From: an uncultured delta proteobacterium
GTDB lineage: Bacteria > Desulfobacterota > RBG-13-43-22
Assembly (NCBI GenBank): GCA_963790475.1
Contig: CAWBOS010000010.1
Span: 1,248,001 to 1,312,000 of the forward strand
Length of the DNA stretch: 64,000 bases
Direction: 5' to 3'
Each line of letters begins with the position of its first letter. The first letter of the stretch is position 1. The notes under the pieces are model-generated. The model did no database searches and was not told where the DNA came from. It worked only from the letters and a program-made list of their open reading frames with translations. A program made the position numbers and the translations under genes. Shown here piece after piece: positions 27,502 to 35,864 of this stretch.

Positions 27502-29043
27502 CCCGGATGTTGCATAAAAAAAGTGCAAATTTTGTAAAGACCGATCAGGCGGCCTTTTTAAAAGCATCCAGATACACAAAAAAGTCTCTTTGGACTGATT
27601 CATTTCCATTAAGCGTCAGGGTTAGTTGCTTTTGGGGTAACGTTAATCTCCCTGCTCTTTGAATAATCAGATGGCGTAAAGTTTTTAATTCTTCAAAACA
27701 CCATAGAGGGGCTCTTTTCTCGGTCGTCCCTCTTTCCCTTGGACGAGCCGCCATTTGTAATTCGCGGGTTAAATTGTGGGCCATGATTGCAGCCATCGTA
27801 TAAAGCTGGTTTCCGCCCCAGCGACGAACAGGGATATAATCCATTTGAGCTTGAGATTTCAATTCTCCAAAGAGTCCTTCCTGGTCGGCGCGCCCATTAT
27901 GGAACATCAATACCTTCTTAGCCTTGACCCGCTTGTTGGTTACGATGACTTTAAATTCGTAGCCTTCCTCCCGAGGAACGAATAAGTCCAGTTGAATCGG
28001 ACCTCGGAAAGCCAGGGAGACTCGTTGACGGATGCACAGGAAACGAAATCGGTTATCCCATTTCTTGGGTTTCCAAAACGTTTCAAACCAAGACCATCGG
28101 TCATCCAGCCGCTTCCAACGTTTTCGCTCCTGGATCATTTGTTTCCATTCGGCAAAACGTTCAAAAGGCACTGACAGAGTAAACTCAACCCCTTGTTCTT
28201 CTAAAAACGGTACGAGGTTATCGTTAAAAAAGGCGCTGTCCAGTCGGGCTTCTATGATTACGCCGGGAAGGGCTTCCTTCAAGAGGCGTAGGCATTGTTC
28301 GATAAATTCCCGTGCTCCATTAGAGTCGTGGACATTTCCGGAACGAAACAGGGTATCGAAAACCTGCCCGGTTTGGGCAATGGTGCAGAACAAAGGATAA
28401 TAACTGCGGGCTCCTTTTTTCTTTTTGTTATACCCCACAGCGGTTCCCTCCGCTCGACGCTGACAGGTCCAAAGAACGGATCCGTCAAAATCCAGTGTCA
28501 GACGAAAAGGAGCCAACTTTTGCAGTCTGGCAATAACCTGGTTCCGGCATAGTTCCCGAACTTTTTCGATGGCCGAAATATCAATCGTTCGCAAAGCGCG
28601 AGAAACCGTTGAGACCTCTGGCAGCCTTTTTAACCCTAATAAACGCTTGATCAAGGGATCATCTTGGTAATAATCCAGATCCCTCAGCTTACGGAAACCC
28701 AGTAAAAGGTGAAAGATCAAAAGAAGCATAATGAGGTGATGACCAAATATCTCGGAAACTTTTAAATGGTCAAAACATTTCTTGAGTTGTGCTTTGAGAT
28801 TCAGGTTCTGGAGCAGTGGCTGATAAATAACTAGCCCGGCAAATGAGGTCAATTGTTGATTTTCAAACTTGATGGCTGGAATTTTAAACATTCGACTAAA
28901 AATATTCCTTTTGCTATACTTCACCTTAGGTGGCCTCCTGTATCGGTTCTTTTGAGATGTGCTAATTTCACTTTAGCCAATACTGGAGCCACCTTCAAGC
29001 ATTTTCATGGTGTTTTATGCACTTTTATTATGCAACTATGAGG
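27502..29043 (-). mobile_element. IS1380 family insertion sequence, apparently complete
   Basis: Terminal IRs CCCGGATGTTGCATAAAAAAAGTGCA / CCTCATAGTTGCATAATAAAAGTGCA; TATA direct repeats at 27498-27501 and 29044-29047. Confidence 0.9.
27545..28924 (-). CDS. IS1380 family transposase
   Basis: LTSFAGL, LTLDFDGS, SYYPL, RSGNVHD, RLDSAFF, HNGRADQEG.FGELK. Confidence 0.95.
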   Translation of the reverse strand: MKYSKRNIFSRMFKIPAIKFENQQLTSFAGLVIYQPLLQNLNLKAQLKKCFDHLKVSEIFGHHLIMLLLIFHLLLGFRKLRDLDYYQDDPLIKRLLGLKRLPEVSTVSRALRTIDISAIEKVRELCRNQVIARLQKLAPFRLTLDFDGSVLWTCQRRAEGTAVGYNKKKKGARSYYPLFCTIAQTGQVFDTLFRSGNVHDSNGAREFIEQCLRLLKEALPGVIIEARLDSAFFNDNLVPFLEEQGVEFTLSVPFERFAEWKQMIQERKRWKRLDDRWSWFETFWKPKKWDNRFRFLCIRQRVSLAFRGPIQLDLFVPREEGYEFKVIVTNKRVKAKKVLMFHNGRADQEGLFGELKSQAQMDYIPVRRWGGNQLYTMAAIMAHNLTRELQMAARPRERGTTEKRAPLWCFEELKTLRHLIIQRAGRLTLPQKQLTLTLNGNESVQRDFFVYLDAFKKAA

Positions 29044-29437
29044 TATAGCCTTCAGGAAATCCTTCCGGGGACCCAAACACTTGATACCCCAGCTTCTGAC
29101 AAAATCCAAGCGCCTGAAATTCAAACGTGTCCAGATGCGCGTGTCGGCAACCACAATTGACGACTTCCTGCTCTGCCCGCGCCACAAGTTCCCTGCCATA
29201 ACCCCGACTCCGAATAGACTCCGCCAGCCACAAATGACTGATGAAGAGCCAGCCCCAATGAGTATATCCGTACAAGCCACCCATTATCTCACCTTGTTCA
29301 TCACCGATGAAAATGGCAAGGTGTTGCCAATTTTCTTTTCCCGCCTGAGCGTCATTGTAAGAAACCAAATTTCGAGCCAGAGTGCAAATATCGGCTTCGG
29401 AAGCCTGATCGTCCATCGAAATCATGTAATCTGCCAT
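29044..29437 (-). pseudogene. GNAT N-acetyltransferase, truncated by IS1380
   Basis: GGLYG.T.WGWL.I..LW, RSRGYG, LDTFEFQALGF.QKLGY. Confidence 0.85.
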
Positions 29438-29770
29438 ATCGCGTTCTCTGGTGTCCCAAAATATACTATTGAAGCCCGATCATGGCACCGTATTTGGAAT
29501 AAACTTCCTGGACCAATTCACCTGCTTTTGGATTGTTCCAGTCATGCATCCATTCCGATACAGTTCCAATTTTCCATCTGTCAAGTCGGCCATTTTTATT
29601 TCCTCCTTTGGCAAAGGTAAGTTACCAATGTTTTTGCCGATTTGACTACTTCCAGACCCCCCGGTCAGTGAATAATCCGAAAAAATCGATCCCCGGCTTG
29701 ATTCGCTCCCCTTTAACCCGTTATGGGCAGCAATTTTTCTTCCGCTATTAAATTATACTTAACGGCTTTC

Positions 29771-29822
29771 AAAATACTACTCTTTTTATCAAAAAATTAC
29801 GGTTTCCCGTTATTCCATTCAT
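29771..29822 (+). promoter_or_regulatory. Conserved regulatory motif, copy B
   Basis: AAAATACT-N13-AAAAATTACGGTTTCCCGTTATTCCATTCAT. Confidence 0.7.
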
Positions 29823-29862
29823 TGTCTGTCTCCATTATCCTTTCCAACAAGGAGACCACCCC

Positions 29863-30147
29863 ATGTCCGGATTTATCAGAATACTGCATATCGATCCTGA
29901 TTACCAGATCACCTATTTGATCCTTCGCTCTCCATTGTCTATCCGAACCTCGATTCCCCTGCAGAAGGCTATAGAACTTCTGAAAAAAGAGGATTTCGAT
30001 CTGATCATCTCGGAACCGCACAACAGGATAATTATAAAAGAGCAAGACCATTCCTTCAAATCCAGACCCATTAAGTTTGACAAACAATCCATTATGGAGA
30101 CCGACCATGACAATCTTGGGGAAATACACCCCGATCTATATTCCTAA
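29863..30147 (+). CDS. Small truncated receiver-like protein (paralog of 3587-3865)
   Basis: RILHIDPDYQITY...SIRTSIPLQKAIELLKKEDFDLIISEP; RBS AAGGAG. Confidence 0.75.
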   Translation: MSGFIRILHIDPDYQITYLILRSPLSIRTSIPLQKAIELLKKEDFDLIISEPHNRIIIKEQDHSFKSRPIKFDKQSIMETDHDNLGEIHPDLYS

Positions 30148-30200
30148 AATCGGCAAGCGAGAACCGGCAAAGTTTCATATATACATAACAGGTTTGAATT

Positions 30201-30389
30201 ATGAAGGTCATTGTAGACGAAGAGGTTTGCATCGGTTGCGAAACGTGCACCGAATTATGCCCGGAGATCTTCCGGATGGATGAGATGAAAGAAAAGGCTG
30301 AAGTCATTCAGCCTGAAGGCGGTTCGGTGAGTTGCATCGAGGAGGCCATGGAGGCCTGCCCCGTCTCCTGCATTCATTGGGAGGAATAA
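30201..30389 (+). CDS. Single-cluster ferredoxin
   Basis: CIGCETCTELCP...ACPVSCI. Confidence 0.93.
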   Translation: MKVIVDEEVCIGCETCTELCPEIFRMDEMKEKAEVIQPEGGSVSCIEEAMEACPVSCIHWEE

Positions 30390-30427
30390 CCCTTTGGATT
30401 AGCGGGATTCGGAAAAACTCATTTCTC

Positions 30428-30554
30428 ACAGGTTGCTCAAAAAGGTCCAGATCCAAGGCGCCCGAAATCCGGAGGAATGAGGCGGACAGAGAAGTACGCC
30501 GCAATGACGAGGGGTGAGGGCAACACAGGCGATGGGCTTTTTTCAGCAACCTGT
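30428..30554. mobile_element. MITE-like palindromic element
   Basis: Terminal IR ACAGGTTGCTCAAAAA / TTTTTCAGCAACCTGT with an internal GGCG..GTACGCC stem. Confidence 0.7.
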
Positions 30555-31228
30555 TAGAGATCAGACAGATGATCTCTGAACCAGAGGGCGGCCAGCCGAG
30601 CGACCTCTTCCAGGGTCCCCCGTTCTTCAAACAAATGGGAGGCTCCGGGTATAACGACCAGTTCCTTCTCGGAGGAAAGCTTCTTCAGGGCTTCCCGGTT
30701 CATCGTGATCACCGGATGATCGTTGCCCCCAACAATGAGCAAGGTCGGGGCTTTTACCTGATAGAGTGCGGCTCCGGCCAGGTCCGGGCGACCACCGCGG
30801 GACACTACGGCCCGAATAATGTTCTGACGGTAGGCCGCGGCTACCAGTGCCGCCGCACCCCCTGTACTGGCCCCGAAATAACCTACCGCCGCTCCTCGTA
30901 GTTCTGGGTTCACGGAAACCCAGTCGGTGACGGCCGTCAATCTCTCTGCCAGGAAAGGAATATTGAACCGGTACTCTCCCGTATGAAGATCTTCAGCCTC
31001 TTCCGCAACAGTCAGAAGATCGAACAGCAGGGTTCCCAATCCCGCCCGTTGGAGGGACTGAGCCACGAACCGATTTCGAGGGCTTTTTCGGCTGCTTCCG
31101 CTGCCATGGGCAAAGACGACCAACCCCCCGGCCTGATCGGGCCGAACCAGATTGCCTTCCAGTATTGCCTCTCCCGCCGGAACTTTTACTGGCGATTCTA
31201 TCGGACCTGAGGCCTTCCCGCCAGACAT
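30554..31228 (-). CDS. Dienelactone hydrolase family protein
   Basis: VVFAHGSGSSR.SPRN, GYFGASTG, VSRGGRPDLA, PGASHLFEE. Confidence 0.93.
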   Translation of the reverse strand: MSGGKASGPIESPVKVPAGEAILEGNLVRPDQAGGLVVFAHGSGSSRKSPRNRFVAQSLQRAGLGTLLFDLLTVAEEAEDLHTGEYRFNIPFLAERLTAVTDWVSVNPELRGAAVGYFGASTGGAAALVAAAYRQNIIRAVVSRGGRPDLAGAALYQVKAPTLLIVGGNDHPVITMNREALKKLSSEKELVVIPGASHLFEERGTLEEVARLAALWFRDHLSDL

Positions 31229-31234
31229 GTCAGC

Positions 31235-31639
31235 TTATTCCTCCAGGTCGCTGTGGGGCGCTAGTTTGAATTCCAGAATTTGATTAACCTGAACGACCAG
31301 TTCACGGTAGACCTGAGGTATTGGGCCCTTCTTGGCCAGGTCGGGGCTGTAGCCGTTCAGCATTTCCAGGTCCTTCATTTCCTGCAATTCCCCCAGTATC
31401 TGAAACCCTTGATCCGCTACGGCATCCCAGGCGACCAGGGAAATAGAACGGTTGACCTGCAAGTTATTCAATGTTTCGGGGCATAGCCACTCGGAAACCA
31501 CTAGCCGGTTCTCCGCACCCAGGGAAAGCCTTCGAGCGGCACCCAGGTGGGGTTTCCCGGAAGGATCCGCCGTAGCAATGAAAACATGGCCGACCTGGTC
31601 AGCCAGATCAACCGCTTCGGTTAGCCTCTTGGGATTCAT
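31235..31639 (-). CDS. Pyridoxamine 5'-phosphate oxidase-like FMN-binding protein
   Basis: VFIATAD.SG.PH, TLNNL..N..ISL..W, GFQI.G. Confidence 0.85.
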   Translation of the reverse strand: MNPKRLTEAVDLADQVGHVFIATADPSGKPHLGAARRLSLGAENRLVVSEWLCPETLNNLQVNRSISLVAWDAVADQGFQILGELQEMKDLEMLNGYSPDLAKKGPIPQVYRELVVQVNQILEFKLAPHSDLEE

Positions 31640-31644
31640 GGTTC

Positions 31645-31698
31645 TTCCTTTCTCCGATGAGCCTCTTTCAGGATGTCCAGCATTTCCTGATTACTGAC
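31645..31698 (-). pseudogene. 3' remnant of a phosphoribosyltransferase gene (copy of 5102-5155)
   Basis: 50 of 54 nt identical to 5102-5155 by manual alignment. Confidence 0.8.
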
Positions 31699-31702
31699 TT
31701 AT

Positions 31703-32116
31703 TTACGAAGTCTTTTCTGCAAAGCGCTGTCGAACTTTGACCGCAATCTGGCGATCCGTCATCTTGTCTACGGTCTCAACACCGGCGATGCGTCCGCCCA
31801 GTCCCTTCTTGACCAGACGCTTCTTCAGTTCAACCTTTGCTTCCCCCGGGCCAAAGATCAAAATGGTTTCCGCATCCCCAATGCAGGCAATCACCCCATC
31901 GTAATAGAGATTGAGATGCCCCGTACGAGCTTTCTGTCGTTTGTCATCCGCCGGTACCTGATGCAAATCATAGGGACCCTTAAGAGGTGAATCGCCGGAA
32001 CGGCGGAGTTGTTTTTCTACCTTGGATATGATCAGTCCTATCTCTTCCCCTTTGTCCGTAACGAACACAACGATCGCCTTCTTATGGTCAATCCATAACC
32101 CCACTTTTGTTCTCAT
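31703..32116 (-). CDS. eRF1-domain / host-attachment-like protein
   Basis: GLWIDHKKA, YY..V...I.DAE.ILIFGPGEAK.EL, DKMTD.QI. Confidence 0.8.
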   Translation of the reverse strand: MRTKVGLWIDHKKAIVVFVTDKGEEIGLIISKVEKQLRRSGDSPLKGPYDLHQVPADDKRQKARTGHLNLYYDGVIACIGDAETILIFGPGEAKVELKKRLVKKGLGGRIAGVETVDKMTDRQIAVKVRQRFAEKTS

Positions 32117-32266
32117 CGATATCTCCTTTGTTAACTAGTCCACCTGAAAGTCAATTGATATTGCTTATCTCCCAGGCGTTTTAATATAACATATCCAATT
32201 TAAATCATTATAAGTCTTATCGAGATCTATTTTCAATAGTTTATTATCTTAAAATCGAGCCGGACT

Positions 32267-32905
32267 CTAATGACAGTCGTCACAGACCTCCCCGCGTAAG
32301 CTTTCAAAACCCTCCCGGGTGATGATCGGCACCATGATCAGCGCTGCCACCGGATCGGCCCACCACCAACCCAAAAGGGCATTGAGCGCGAGCCCGCCAA
32401 GAAGAATGGCCGAAAGATAAGCGCAAAGGTCAGTCTGACGCGAGTCGGCCTTCATGGCCCGGCTGTCCAAGCTGGTAGCCGACCGGCGTTTTGCCCGAGC
32501 CAGGGTAGGCATGAGGATAAGTGAAATGACGGATAAACCGATACCGACAAGGCTGACCTGTGGGGACTCATAGTATAGGATGGACTTTGAGGCATCGAAT
32601 GCAACATAAGCCGCCAGGATCAGGAAACTGATCCCTACCAACTTAAGGGCGGTCCGCTCGCGGCTCTCGTCGTGGACAGGAGAAAATAGCCGCCAAAGAA
32701 GTATCGAACCGGAAATACACTCGATGAGCGAATCTACCCCGAAACCCACCAGGGCGATGCTGCCGGCAAACCACCCGGCACCAACGGCCACGCCAGCCTC
32801 CACCAGGTTCCAGCCGACGGTAAAATACTCAAGCTTTCGGCCCTGTCGCAAATGCCCCAAACGCTCACTAGAATGACAATCAGAACAATCAATGGCATCC
32901 TTCAT
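32267..32905 (-). CDS. Cation efflux (CDF-like) membrane transporter
   Basis: TVGWNLVEA, SIALVGFGVDSLIE, ADSRQT, GWWWADP. Confidence 0.9.
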   Translation of the reverse strand: MKDAIDCSDCHSSERLGHLRQGRKLEYFTVGWNLVEAGVAVGAGWFAGSIALVGFGVDSLIECISGSILLWRLFSPVHDESRERTALKLVGISFLILAAYVAFDASKSILYYESPQVSLVGIGLSVISLILMPTLARAKRRSATSLDSRAMKADSRQTDLCAYLSAILLGGLALNALLGWWWADPVAALIMVPIITREGFESLRGEVCDDCH

Positions 32906-32958
32906 TTATTTTTCTCACCTTGAGGTTCCCTGCACCTAGATGCAGGAAGATAAGCTCC

Positions 32959-33832
32959 TTATGACGACCAGCCGGATTCGGTTCCCAGGGGAATGCTGGT
33001 CAACAGGGCCTCGATATAATGGATCAGTCCATTTCGGATTTTAAATAATTCAGCAACCAGCATGGACCGGGGATATTGGGTGCGGGCCGGCAGTTCAACC
33101 ACACCGTAACCGGGCAATTCGGCCGTTTTTACCGTTCCCGGCACATCAAACATCACCAGGCACCAGACCAGTCCCAGCTCTTCATCGACGACCGGATAGC
33201 GCCGGTCTCTGATTTTGGTCATATAGGTGAACATGGGGATCTGCTGGGCACAGGGAAGGGACAATAATAAACCCAAGTCCGGATTGTTGGTGGTCTGCAA
33301 TCCGTTTTCCAGACGGTTGCACTCCTGGTGAAGGGGAATGAACTCCGCGCTGTTTTTTCCCAAACCCTCTAAATAAAGATCGGCAATAGCGAGCATTTTA
33401 TCCCGCGACACCCTTTCAGGGATGGGCACCATCTCGGTCAACAAAGGATTAGGCGTAACGAGGGCTTTGGGATTGAAGGCCACATCCGTACCGGCATAAC
33501 GGGAAACCATGGTTTCAACCTCGGCAATTTTTTTATCCGTTACTTTCAGACGAAGAGCCAGCAAGGTCAAATGTTCGCACCTTGTCCTGCAGGGTGCAAA
33601 AAACACCCACCTGGCCCTGCAGGGGATCAGCGACGGTATGCCGATATTTTATGGCTGAGGCGGTCTTCCACAACCCTTCGCCCAACTTCATTGCGCGGGT
33701 GTTTTCCGTAAATCGAACGTCGTCCGTTACAGGAAGACGGGAAGGATCGTTGGCTGTCAGGGCATCAAGATACAGATTGGCGATACCAATCAATTCCTCC
33801 TTGCTAAATGTTTTTTCACTTAATTTTGTCAT
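32959..33832 (-). pseudogene. Conserved hypothetical protein with two similar domains, frameshifted near 33575
   Basis: The track ORFs (ELIGIANLYLDAL...; LLALRLKV...IAEVE...KMLAIADLYLEGL) overlap and read as one protein across a single frameshift. Confidence 0.65.
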
Positions 33833-33931
33833 CGTTTCTTCTTCACCATTTCTTTTCCATTGACAAATACCAAAGGGTAATATAGGGATCAAAATATCAC
33901 AAGTTAATAGAGGAAGCAAAGGAGAATACCC

Positions 33932-35023
33932 ATGTCTGATGCCCTATACGACCGCTTAGCGGATATTTTCAATATGATCGGTTTCGGGAGCCGGAAGAGC
34001 CCGGAGCTGGAAGCCCTGTTAAAATCCCTTTTCAATCAAGAGGAAGCCCACCTCGCTGTCAATCTCTCGCCCATGGCCCCTGAGGACCCCGGCAAACTGG
34101 CCGAAAGAATCAATGCCGACCCGGTCAGAGTCGCCCAGGTCTTAAACGAAATGGCCGACAAGGGATTGATCTATTCCACCATTAAAAACGGGGAAAACTG
34201 GTACAAGCTGATTCAATTGGTTCCGGGCATATTTGAATTGCAGTTCATGAAAGGGGAGGTTTCCCCCCGGGCCAGGGAGTTGGCCTGTCTGTTTGATGCC
34301 TATTTTCATGTCCGAGTAGCAACCATGGAAAGCACCCCCTCCCCCACCGGGGAAAGCATCCATTTTGCCCGGGTGATCCCTATCGAGAAGACCATCACGC
34401 CGACCATGAATGTCTTCCCTTTTGAAGTGGCCAGCAAATATGTTCAGGAGGCCCAGGTCATCACCGTTTCAATATGCTACTGCCGCCATGAGAAAAGACT
34501 GCTGGACCATGGGTGTCAATATCCGGATGATGTCTGTCTGCAATTGGGTCCCTTTGCCGAATTTGTTAAAAACCGGGGGTTCGGAAAAGAAATCAGCAAG
34601 ACGGGAGCCCTGGACATATTAAAAAGAAGCGCTGAGGCCGGACTGATTCATACCTCAAGCAACACCCAGGAACGGATCGACTTCATCTGCAACTGCTGCA
34701 CCTGCTGCTGCGGGATACTGCAAGGGGTCAGTCTGTTTAACGCCCCGGTCCGCACTGTTTCCAGTAACTACCAGGCCGCTGTGGAGGCCGATACCTGCTC
34801 CGGCTGCGGAGAATGTGTCGACCGCTGTCAAATGAAAGCGGTCACTCTCGAAGAGGATATAGCCACTATAAATCCGGATCGCTGTATCGGCTGCGGGGTT
34901 TGTGTGTATCACTGTCCCACCGAGTCCATGACCCTGACGGCCCGTCCGGATTTTGTGGAACCCCCCAAAAGCTTCCGGGAGCTCATCGCCAAACAGGCGG
35001 CAGCCAAGGCTACGAGTGCCTAA
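33932..35023 (+). CDS. 4Fe-4S binding protein with N-terminal wHTH-like region
   Basis: CYCRH, ICNCCTCCCG, CSGCGECVDRC, CIGCGVCVYHCP. Confidence 0.9.
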   Translation: MSDALYDRLADIFNMIGFGSRKSPELEALLKSLFNQEEAHLAVNLSPMAPEDPGKLAERINADPVRVAQVLNEMADKGLIYSTIKNGENWYKLIQLVPGIFELQFMKGEVSPRARELACLFDAYFHVRVATMESTPSPTGESIHFARVIPIEKTITPTMNVFPFEVASKYVQEAQVITVSICYCRHEKRLLDHGCQYPDDVCLQLGPFAEFVKNRGFGKEISKTGALDILKRSAEAGLIHTSSNTQERIDFICNCCTCCCGILQGVSLFNAPVRTVSSNYQAAVEADTCSGCGECVDRCQMKAVTLEEDIATINPDRCIGCGVCVYHCPTESMTLTARPDFVEPPKSFRELIAKQAAAKATSA

Positions 35024-35028
35024 GGTTT

Positions 35029-35832
35029 TTATCGTGTGATATGTTTTAAGAAAAAAGCGCTTACCGCCCGGTTGAATTCCTCGGCGGCGTCGATGTTGAC
35101 GGCATGGCCAGCATCCAGATCTATGATGTCCAGGAGGGGCATATTTGCGGCGGCAAAGTCCCTCAGGGGTAGGAAACGTTTTTCCCGCTTTCCGCAGACC
35201 AACAAGGTGGGAACCTGGTTGCGGTGAATTTCATCGCGCAGGGAAAGATCGGACACGGTATAACGGATGGCATTGGCCACCCCCAGAACGCTTAAAGCGG
35301 CCGAGTCCTCCACTAAAGCTCCTTTAACCTCTTCCGGGAGAGAGCGGGCGTTAAGCGGATGGACGGGGAACTTTTTGATCCCTTCAGGTCCCCCTTCCAG
35401 GATCATTTGAGCAATAAGAGAGGTGTCTTTAACGGCTTTGTCTCTATCCTTGATTTTCCGTAGACCTGAGGTAGTATTGGTTATGACATGAGCTATGATG
35501 CGATCGGGGTGTTCAAGGGCATATTTTAAAGTCAGGGCCGCCCCCAGGGATTGACCGCATAGCAGCCATTCCGATACTCCCATACGGCGGCGTATTTTTT
35601 CAAAGGCCTGGACATAACCTTCCGGCCTGTAGGGATCCGGGTTTTCCGGAGCCGGTGATCGACCATGTCCCCAAAGTTCAACAACCACCGGTTGGGTTAT
35701 TTTTGACAGGGCCTCCAAATTGAGCATCCACTGGGCCCGGGAGGATAGGATTCCATGAACCAGCAACAAGTAGGGGCCGTTCCCGGGATGAATTTCAAAA
35801 TAGAGTTCAGAGGCCGGTTTTTTTAATTCCAA
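35029..35832 (-). CDS. Alpha/beta fold hydrolase
   Basis: LLVHG, ELWGHGRS, GQSLG, AGHAVN. Confidence 0.88.
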   Translation of the reverse strand: MELKKPASELYFEIHPGNGPYLLLVHGILSSRAQWMLNLEALSKITQPVVVELWGHGRSPAPENPDPYRPEGYVQAFEKIRRRMGVSEWLLCGQSLGAALTLKYALEHPDRIIAHVITNTTSGLRKIKDRDKAVKDTSLIAQMILEGGPEGIKKFPVHPLNARSLPEEVKGALVEDSAALSVLGVANAIRYTVSDLSLRDEIHRNQVPTLLVCGKREKRFLPLRDFAAANMPLLDIIDLDAGHAVNIDAAEEFNRAVSAFFLKHITR

Positions 35833-35864
35833 TCATTCACCCCCCACTCCAATCCTCCCCCATC

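Noticed and set aside
30304-30630. 108 aa minus-strand ORF
   Set aside because: Translation of the MITE palindrome and flanks
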